From Candidatus Sungbacteria bacterium RIFCSPLOWO2_01_FULL_47_32 (GTDB lineage Bacteria; Patescibacteriota; Minisyncoccia; Sungbacterales; GWA2-42-14): a stretch of 64,000 bases of DNA. The stretch lies in contig MHQP01000018.1 of the NCBI GenBank assembly GCA_001820685.1, forward strand, positions 13,881 to 77,880, written 5' to 3'. The notes under the pieces were generated by a model. That model saw nothing but the letters and a program-made list of their open reading frames with translations. It was not told the DNA's origin and searched no databases. Of the stretch, positions 57,421 through 64,000 are shown in pieces; position 1 is the first letter of the stretch, and each line of letters starts with the position of its first letter. The position numbers and the translations under genes are program-made.

Positions 57421-58779
57421 TTATACCAGCTTCCCTGTAAGTTTCCAGATATCCCCTGCTCCCATCATAATAACGATATCGTGCATTCCGACGTAACGCG
57501 CAAGAAATTCAGGTATTTGGGAAGAATAGGATATGTAGTAAACATTGTTTTTGAGTCTGGCATCCACAGCAGCCGCAAGCCGAAACGATGATGCATTCAC
57601 TCTACGGGAACGCGGTTTTTCCCGGCCGGGAACTTCGTACGGATCAAGCAATACTAATTCATTAGCGCAGTCAAACGCGGGTACGAACCGTTCGAAGAGG
57701 CGCGAAAGGCGGTCTTGCTGATGGGGCTGGAAAACGCACCAGATCCTATGCTTCGGATACCGTTCGCGCGCGGCCTCAAGCGTTGCTTTGATCTCGGTGG
57801 GGTGATGGGCATAGTCGTCGAAAATCTTTGCGCCATTCAAAGTTCCTTTATATTCAAACCTTCGCCAAACGCCCCCATATTCAGAAAGTGCTTTGAGTAT
57901 TTTTTCGTTTGGAATTTTCAGCGTCTGCCCGACGCAGTATGCAGCCAGTGCGTTTGAAACATTATGAATACCTGGAACCTGGAGCCTGTACTTGATATCT
58001 TCAACGGCAGAATTTCTGAGAGAATACCAGCGGAAGCGCCCAGAGAACCGTTTAAGTTTTGAAAGCAAAAGCCCGAGTTTGAGAACGTCCTGATTATCAT
58101 TATTTAAAACAAAGACCGCTCCGGGTTTTGAACCTGTTAAAAATTTTTTGAATGCGGAGACGATCCGCGCTTTTGTTTTGTAAAAATCAAGATGCTCTTC
58201 GTCAATATTGGTAAGAACCGCAATGTCGGGATGATAATTCAGAAATGAGCCGGCATATTCATCAGCTTCAACAATGAGGTATTTCGAGTTCCCCTTTCTA
58301 AAATTCGTATCCTTCTTTCCGTCCGCTCCTGAACTATCCTTAAGCCGGGTCCCGATAATAACGGTCGGATCAAGCCCCCCCTCAATAAGAACTTTTGCCA
58401 CCATCGCAGTGGTTGTGCTTTTTCCGTGGGCTCCAGCGACGGCTATAGTGAAGTAGTTCTTTGTAAGCTCGCCAAGCGCTTCCGCGTATGTGCGAATAAC
58501 ATACTTCCGTTTTCTTCCCTCTTTCAGCTCGAGATTGTCCTTGCGAAGAGCAGCGGTATGCACGATAAAACCGCTACCGCGTGGAATATGCGAGGCTTTA
58601 TGCGGTCCGCAAAATATTTTTACGCCCAGGCCTTCAAGCTCTTCCGTTATGGGCGAGGAAACGATGTCCGAACCGGACACCATAAAACCTTCCGACAGAT
58701 AATAGCGCGCAAGACTGCTCATGCCTATGCCTCCGATGCCGATGAGATAAACGCGTTTGTTGTTTTGAGTTTTTACCAT
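57421..58779 (-). CDS. murC: UDP-N-acetylmuramate--L-alanine ligase
   Basis: IGIGGIGMSSLA, GAHGKSTTT, EADEY, DDYAHHPTE, FQPH, MGAGD. Confidence 0.96.
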   Translation of the reverse strand: MVKTQNNKRVYLIGIGGIGMSSLARYYLSEGFMVSGSDIVSSPITEELEGLGVKIFCGPHKASHIPRGSGFIVHTAALRKDNLELKEGRKRKYVIRTYAEALGELTKNYFTIAVAGAHGKSTTTAMVAKVLIEGGLDPTVIIGTRLKDSSGADGKKDTNFRKGNSKYLIVEADEYAGSFLNYHPDIAVLTNIDEEHLDFYKTKARIVSAFKKFLTGSKPGAVFVLNNDNQDVLKLGLLLSKLKRFSGRFRWYSLRNSAVEDIKYRLQVPGIHNVSNALAAYCVGQTLKIPNEKILKALSEYGGVWRRFEYKGTLNGAKIFDDYAHHPTEIKATLEAARERYPKHRIWCVFQPHQQDRLSRLFERFVPAFDCANELVLLDPYEVPGREKPRSRRVNASSFRLAAAVDARLKNNVYYISYSSQIPEFLARYVGMHDIVIMMGAGDIWKLTGKLV

Positions 58780-58890
58780 TTGTTTTCGAGACTAAACGTT
58801 ATTCTATTATAGCAGATTTTTCAAAATTGGAGAATACGGCGCATTTTGCTTCCCCGTGAGGCTTGCCTGGTCGTAGAAAGCACGTAAAAC

Positions 58891-58919
58891 TTGACTTTTT
58901 AATATAAATTGCCTATAGT
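58891..58919 (+). promoter_or_regulatory. Sigma70 promoter of the proline dehydrogenase gene
   Basis: TTGACT-17 nt-TATAGT. Confidence 0.65.
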
Positions 58920-58958
58920 AACAGTATTGGGACGGCCCTTTGCAAACGGAATACGGAT

Positions 58959-59900
58959 ATGGTGCGAGCTATCCTGAAATTCTTTTTTTGCTGGATCTGG
59001 CCGAAAGTTCCCTGGCATACCGCAATTATGAAACACGTTGCGGAAAAACATTTTATTGCGGGAAAAACCATTCAGGATGCGATTCGGAGCGGCCGTGAAC
59101 TAAATAAAGAAGGATTTTTTTGTTATTTCAACCATATTGGTGACCGATGCGAATCTCCAGAAGAGCGAGATCGCGCGCGCAGTTCATATAATGAGCTAAT
59201 TGAGGCTATTAATGAGCATGGGCTAAAAGCAGGGATCTCTACGAAAGCAAGCGCTTTAGGCATGCTAAACCCTAACCTTCATTCCGGAAAGACTCGGGAG
59301 GGGCTTGCCAAACTCGTTAGCAAAGCCCGTGACTATGGCATTCCGTTCTGGCTAGATGGTGAAGAGCTTATCTACCACAAAAAAACCACAGAGGTTGCAT
59401 TTTTTGCCCGCATGGTTTGCCCAAAAACAGGTTCGGTCATTCAGGCCTATACGAAAAATATCGGCAGTATTGTCTTGGAACTTTATCGGACAAAATCTGC
59501 GTTTCCGGGCGTTACTACGGGCTTTCGCATCTGCAAGGGTGCTTACACGGAACCAAAAGAGCTTGCATATTCCGATATCAATGACATACGCGACCGCTTT
59601 GAATTCTGGGTACGAAAAGTCGTTGAAACCAAGCACTACGCTCAGGTTGCAACGCACGACGAAGAAATTATCCGGCGGGTCATCGCCCTTGAGCAAGCGG
59701 GAAAGATCCGGCGAGATCAGTTTGAATTCGCACTGCTTCTTGGCGTCAATATGCCGCTTGCGAAAAAACTGCTTTCGCGCGGATACCGTGTCATCATTTA
59801 TGTGCCGTTTGGCAAAGATGTAGAAGGGTTTTGCGTCCGGCGCATCATTGAGCGCCCCCGCTATATTATTCTCCCTCTCAAAGCGATCTTTTGCAAATAG
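58959..59900 (+). CDS. Monofunctional proline dehydrogenase family protein
   Basis: FIAG, LDGEE, VIQAY, RICKGAY, ATHD, YVPFG, RRIIERP. Confidence 0.85.
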   Translation: MVRAILKFFFCWIWPKVPWHTAIMKHVAEKHFIAGKTIQDAIRSGRELNKEGFFCYFNHIGDRCESPEERDRARSSYNELIEAINEHGLKAGISTKASALGMLNPNLHSGKTREGLAKLVSKARDYGIPFWLDGEELIYHKKTTEVAFFARMVCPKTGSVIQAYTKNIGSIVLELYRTKSAFPGVTTGFRICKGAYTEPKELAYSDINDIRDRFEFWVRKVVETKHYAQVATHDEEIIRRVIALEQAGKIRRDQFEFALLLGVNMPLAKKLLSRGYRVIIYVPFGKDVEGFCVRRIIERPRYIILPLKAIFCK

Positions 59901-59903
59901 CAT

Positions 59904-59924
59904 AAGCCTCCGAGCGAGGCTTTT
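59904..59924 (+). terminator. Intrinsic terminator
   Basis: AAGCCTC-cgagc-GAGGCTTTT. Confidence 0.65.
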
Positions 59925-59987
59925 ATATTTGCAAAAAAACGAAAACTGTGTATGCTGTTTTTATAGTTCTTTTTTCAGGAGAATTTT

Positions 59988-60647
59988 TTGAACACTGCAC
60001 TTGTGTGGGGTGTATTCTCCGTTATTTTTATCGACCTTATTCTTGCCGCCGACAACGCTCTTCTCATAGCATCTGCGGTCCGGGACCTTAGTTCGAAAAC
60101 CCAAAGACAGGCCCGCTGGCTCGGAACTATCGGGGCGGTCATTGCCCGGCTTTTCTTTCTTGGAGCGTTATTTTTTGTTCTTCGCTGGCCCGTCTTAAGC
60201 ATTATTCTTCATATTATCGGAGGACTCTGGGTTATCTGGGCCGCAATAAAGCTTCTGCCGTCGCATGGCAAAACAGAGAGGGGGCACAAAACGCCAAAAG
60301 AAAAACTTTGGCATGCCACATGGTTCATTATCAGCGCTGACATCGCAATGAGCTTTGATAATGTAATAGCCGTATATGCGGTAAGCGGTGGAAATATCCT
60401 GCTTATCGTCCTGGGGATTCTTGTTTCGGTGCCCATGGTCATATTTGCATCTTCCCGTATCTCAAGCCTCATGACGCGCTTTCCAACCGTTGTTATCTTT
60501 GGGTCGGTTTATCTCGGCTGGGTTGGAGGACGCATGATTACGGAGTCCCATGTTCTCGAAATTCTTCCTCCGATCCTTCTGCCGATTCTCGGGGCCTCGC
60601 TGGTTTTTACAGTATGGGCGGTTGGGAAATATTTCAGAAAACAGTGA
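59988..60647 (+). CDS. TerC family (YjbE-like) membrane protein
   Basis: IDLILAADNALLI and ADIAMSFDNVIAV. Confidence 0.9.
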   Translation: MNTALVWGVFSVIFIDLILAADNALLIASAVRDLSSKTQRQARWLGTIGAVIARLFFLGALFFVLRWPVLSIILHIIGGLWVIWAAIKLLPSHGKTERGHKTPKEKLWHATWFIISADIAMSFDNVIAVYAVSGGNILLIVLGILVSVPMVIFASSRISSLMTRFPTVVIFGSVYLGWVGGRMITESHVLEILPPILLPILGASLVFTVWAVGKYFRKQ

Positions 60648-60650
60648 GAT

Positions 60651-60682
60651 ATCCGCCTGTAAACGGCGGATTTTGCTTTTTG
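60651..60682 (+). terminator. Intrinsic terminator
   Basis: ATCCGCC-tgtaaac-GGCGGAT followed by a T-rich tract. Confidence 0.65.
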
Positions 60683-60757
60683 TGACTCTTTATATGGCAG
60701 AATCGCAGTTGCTCGCTTAAATCTTGAAAAAAACCTGATTTTTGCTATACTTCGGAT

Positions 60758-61108
60758 ATGGAGATCGATAAAAAAAGGATATTCAGAAAAGATCCGCACC
60801 TCCATTCTCGAGAGCACGTACTTGCCGATGATCTTTCGCGGATGCTTGATGAACCGAAAAAATTCGCCCGATATCTCGGCATCGCATACCTCTATGATGA
60901 AACCGACCTGCGTTCGCTTGCAAAACGCATACTTGAAAAAATAGATCTTCCGGCTGAGGCGCGCGGCAGATATTTTTTTGCCTGCCTGAAGGGTCTTGCG
61001 TTGACACGGCAAAAAAGGCCTTCAAAAGGTACTCCGCGCGTTTCGCTTCAAAAAACTAAAAAACAACATGGTCGTACAACACCTTCCCATAGTAAAAGAG
61101 CCAAATAA
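60758..61108 (+). CDS. Hypothetical basic protein
   Basis: ORF preceded by TTGAAA-16 nt-TATACT (TGn extended -10). Overlaps the def start. Confidence 0.7.
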   Translation: MEIDKKRIFRKDPHLHSREHVLADDLSRMLDEPKKFARYLGIAYLYDETDLRSLAKRILEKIDLPAEARGRYFFACLKGLALTRQKRPSKGTPRVSLQKTKKQHGRTTPSHSKRAK

Positions 61109-61625
61109 AGTTCTCAGGAAAATAGCGGGAGAACTTTCTCCAGCCGATATCAGAACCCCGCGGATACAAAAACTGCTCGCGGAAATGAAAGCAACGCTTG
61201 CGGAGACCCCTGACGGCGTCGGACTCGCCGCTCCGCAGGTCGGGGAATCGTTGCGTATTTTTTTAGTTTCGGAAGAGTCAGAACATATCGGAGGTGAAAA
61301 TTATGAAAGGGATGCCGCCTCCCACAAAGCATTGGCAGAGGAAGAAAAGAAAAAATGGAAGCATTTTGTTTATATCAATCCTGTCATAAAAAAAATATCA
61401 AAAAATAAAGTAGCATATCCGGAAGGATGCCTTTCCGTTCCGGGAACATTCGGGGTTGTCAGTCGTCCGGAAAAAATAACCGTTGAGGCATATAATGAGT
61501 CTGGAAAAAAATTCACCCGAGGTGCTTCGCGATTTTTTGCGAGAGTTCTTCAGCACGAGATCGACCACCTCGCAGGAGTTCTCTTTATCGATAAAGCAAA
61601 AAAGCTCATCGCACACAAGCAGTAA
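61068..61625 (+). CDS. def: Peptide deformylase
   Basis: GVGLAAPQVG, EGCLS, QHEIDH. Confidence 0.97.
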   Translation: MVVQHLPIVKEPNKVLRKIAGELSPADIRTPRIQKLLAEMKATLAETPDGVGLAAPQVGESLRIFLVSEESEHIGGENYERDAASHKALAEEEKKKWKHFVYINPVIKKISKNKVAYPEGCLSVPGTFGVVSRPEKITVEAYNESGKKFTRGASRFFARVLQHEIDHLAGVLFIDKAKKLIAHKQ

Positions 61626-61673
61626 CCAAAAAAGGACCATGTCCTGACGGTTATCGTGGCGGATGTATCTTCA

Positions 61674-62639
61674 ATGGCAAGAAAATATTCTACAACAATC
61701 GTTTTTTGGGGAACACCGGATTTTGCGGTTTCCATCCTTGAGAAATTGCAGGAAAAATTTTCCGTTCTTGGGGTCATTACAAACCCTGACGAACCCAGAG
61801 ACCGAAACGCGGTGCTTACTTCCCCGCCGACATGCCGGGCGGCAAACCGCTTAGGCATTCCGGTCTATCAGCCGGAAAAGATTATTGAGGAAAACTGGAG
61901 CGATCTCAATATTCCCGCAGCAGATTTTTTTGTTGTTGCGGCGTATGGAAAGATAATACCGAAATGGACGCTGAACTTACCGACAAAAGGTGCTATAAAT
62001 GTTCACCCGTCGCTTCTTCCGAAATGGCGCGGAGCTTCTCCTATCCAGCATGCTATTTTAAACGGAGACGTGGAAACCGGTGCAACGATTATCTTGATGG
62101 ACGAAAAAATGGATCACGGTCCGATTCTTGCCCAAAGAAGCGTTAAAATTCCGGATACTATTGCCTATCCCGAGCTTTCAAGGATCCTTTCGGAAGTTTC
62201 GGGAGAATTGCTTGTCGAAACCATTCCCAAGTTGGTAAGCGGAACAATTTTGCCAAAGCCGCAGGACGACTCTCATGCGACATTCTGCAGGGCATTTAAA
62301 AGGGAAGATGGAAAAATTGACTGGAGCCGCTCGGCGTCTGAAATAGAGCGCGCGATACGCGCATTTACTCCATGGCCGGGAACATTCACGCTTTGGAAAC
62401 GCGGAGACTCTCGCGATATCCGCCTTAAAATCTTGCAGGGACACATAACGGAAGAACTCCCTGGCATTTCTTCCAACGCACTGCCCGGCCGTGTTATAGT
62501 GGATACGGAGCATCTCTATGTCGTAGCATCTCCCGGCTTTCTTGAGATTACCCTTCTCCAGCCTGAAGGAAAAACGCCGATGCAAGCTTCTGCGTTCCTT
62601 AAGGGATACGACGATATTAACAACGCATTACTTCACTAA
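61674..62639 (+). CDS. fmt: Methionyl-tRNA formyltransferase
   Basis: FWGTPDFA, VAAYG, NVHPSLLPKWRGASPI, MDHGPI, PWPG. Confidence 0.96.
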   Translation: MARKYSTTIVFWGTPDFAVSILEKLQEKFSVLGVITNPDEPRDRNAVLTSPPTCRAANRLGIPVYQPEKIIEENWSDLNIPAADFFVVAAYGKIIPKWTLNLPTKGAINVHPSLLPKWRGASPIQHAILNGDVETGATIILMDEKMDHGPILAQRSVKIPDTIAYPELSRILSEVSGELLVETIPKLVSGTILPKPQDDSHATFCRAFKREDGKIDWSRSASEIERAIRAFTPWPGTFTLWKRGDSRDIRLKILQGHITEELPGISSNALPGRVIVDTEHLYVVASPGFLEITLLQPEGKTPMQASAFLKGYDDINNALLH

Positions 62640-62642
62640 TAC

Positions 62643-63608
62643 ATGGACAGCGCGGCATTTTTTGTTCTTATAATCGGTGTCGTGATAGTGGCTATTATGT
62701 TTTCCGGAGGACCATCTGATCTTTCTTTTTTGGGTGGCCCTTCAGGTCCTGGGCCATACGCCACGGGACCCGGTTCGAATACCGAAATTCGAAATCCGCA
62801 GCCGGTTGCGGAGCAAAAATCTTCCGGAGGCTTTTTCGGAACTCTTGGAAGTTTCGCCCAGCCCCCTCCCTCGCCTTCACCTTCAAGTGCCGCCACGGCA
62901 ATGCCTGTCGCAAAAACCCCTGGGCATTCTCCATATGAGGGCATCATCCGCATCTCGTATGTCGAGCGTTCTTCCGACAGCCCACAGGACGAATATGTCG
63001 CGCTCATGAACGGCGGGTGGTTTTCATCCTTAAACTTTTCCGTCGACATAACCGGTTGGACAATTGAGAGCATCAAACACGATAGGCGGACTATTGGGCG
63101 GGCATATGATATCCCCTATATCGACGCCGATACCCGCACTATTGTGCTCCCTCCAGGAGGAACGGTGTACGCTGTAACCGGCACGGGAAACATAGGATTT
63201 GGATTTCGCGAGAACGGATGCACCGGATATTTCAACCAATTCAGCCGCTTTACCCCGGGCCTTTCCGGTTCCTGCATTGACCGTCAATCATACGAACGGA
63301 TCCGTTCGCAATTCCTGGATGCAGGCCTTCCGGGCGCATGCATCGACTATGTAGCCTCGCTCCCCTCTTGCACGGTTCCGCAAATAAATTTTGAAAACGG
63401 AGGAAAAATAGGGCAAAATTGCATTGACTATATTTCAAAAAATATAAGTTACAACGGATGCGTTAAAAATTACCGTGAGGATAAAAATTTTTACAGAAAC
63501 ACGTGGAGAGTCTATTTCGGGCTCACGCAAAAGCTTTTCGACAAATCGCATGACCGCATTATCTTGAGGGACCAAAACGGGCTTTTTGTGGAGCAGTTTG
63601 AATACTGA
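62643..63608 (+). CDS. Membrane-anchored protein with lamin-tail-like beta domain and Cys-rich insert
   Basis: N-terminal TM, Pro/Ser linker, DEYVAL...VDITGWTI...DRIILRDQNG. Confidence 0.65.
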   Translation: MDSAAFFVLIIGVVIVAIMFSGGPSDLSFLGGPSGPGPYATGPGSNTEIRNPQPVAEQKSSGGFFGTLGSFAQPPPSPSPSSAATAMPVAKTPGHSPYEGIIRISYVERSSDSPQDEYVALMNGGWFSSLNFSVDITGWTIESIKHDRRTIGRAYDIPYIDADTRTIVLPPGGTVYAVTGTGNIGFGFRENGCTGYFNQFSRFTPGLSGSCIDRQSYERIRSQFLDAGLPGACIDYVASLPSCTVPQINFENGGKIGQNCIDYISKNISYNGCVKNYREDKNFYRNTWRVYFGLTQKLFDKSHDRIILRDQNGLFVEQFEY

Positions 63609-63637
63609 CAAGAAACCCGGCCTTATCAATAAAAAAA

Positions 63638-63664
63638 GACGGCAAAAGCCGTCATTTTATTTTA
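63638..63664. terminator. Bidirectional intrinsic terminator
   Basis: A7-GACGGC-aaaa-GCCGTC-T-rich, between convergent genes. Confidence 0.65.
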
Positions 63665-63819
63665 CTCAATTTTTTTTAGAAATTATTTTCTTAGTTTTTC
63701 GGCATAGCTGCTCACGCTTGTCCCCTTATCTTTGCGACCATCCCTAGTGGCCATTTGGGCGGTTTTTGTGCTTCGCTACGCCATACCCGCATAGCGCATT
63801 TACGCGGGCACGATTATTT

Positions 63820-63999
63820 CTATTTTGCAAGAGGAAGCGAAAAACTAAATGTCGAGCCTTTGTCCACTTCCGAGGCTACCCAAACCCGGCCGTTCATTTT
63901 CTCGATTATTTGCTTGATGATGAACAGCCCCAAGCCGGTTCCCGTAATTTTCTTTGTCCGCTCGTCGGGGACTCGATAGAATTTTTCAAAAAGTTTTTC
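63820..63999 (-). CDS. Histidine kinase C-terminal HATPase fragment (gene continues beyond window)
   Basis: Minus-strand translation EKLFEKFYRV...GTGLGLFIIKQIIEKMNGRVWVASEVDKGSTFSFSLP*. Not in the supplied ORF track. Confidence 0.88.
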   Translation of the reverse strand, partial: EKLFEKFYRVPDERTKKITGTGLGLFIIKQIIEKMNGRVWVASEVDKGSTFSFSLPLAK

Positions 64000-64000
64000 C

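Overview
A 64 kb chromosomal fragment, standard genetic code, with no rRNA, convincing tRNA, CRISPR array or intact mobile element. Gene content and style suggest a Patescibacteria/CPR (Parcubacteria-like) genome: short GAD-less AspRS, clusterless MutY, rare Shine-Dalgarno sites, apparent leaderless promoters, an orphan PilB and large secreted proteins. This assignment is inference. The left third is accessory. It holds the end of a group 3b-type [NiFe]-hydrogenase operon facing a convergent three-gene operon (EamA transporter, DUF6390-like protein with a HypC-like C-terminal region, minimal maturation-protease-like protein), a secreted Cys-repeat protein with a small 'NPF' partner (plus a decayed second copy at ~25 kb), a complete hutHGUI histidine-degradation operon, three GH130 domains in two genes, and several pseudogenes. 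The right two thirds are mostly housekeeping: ddl, aspS, scpAB, dac, mraY, murD, ftsW, murG, gltX, rpmA, pyrG, rplI, acyP, ctpA, murC, def, fmt. These are interrupted by a 1146-aa secreted repeat protein with a long structured leader. The best candidate for an undescribed system is the hydrogenase-linked EamA/DUF6390/protease operon, a possible non-canonical hydrogenase maturation or metal-delivery module.
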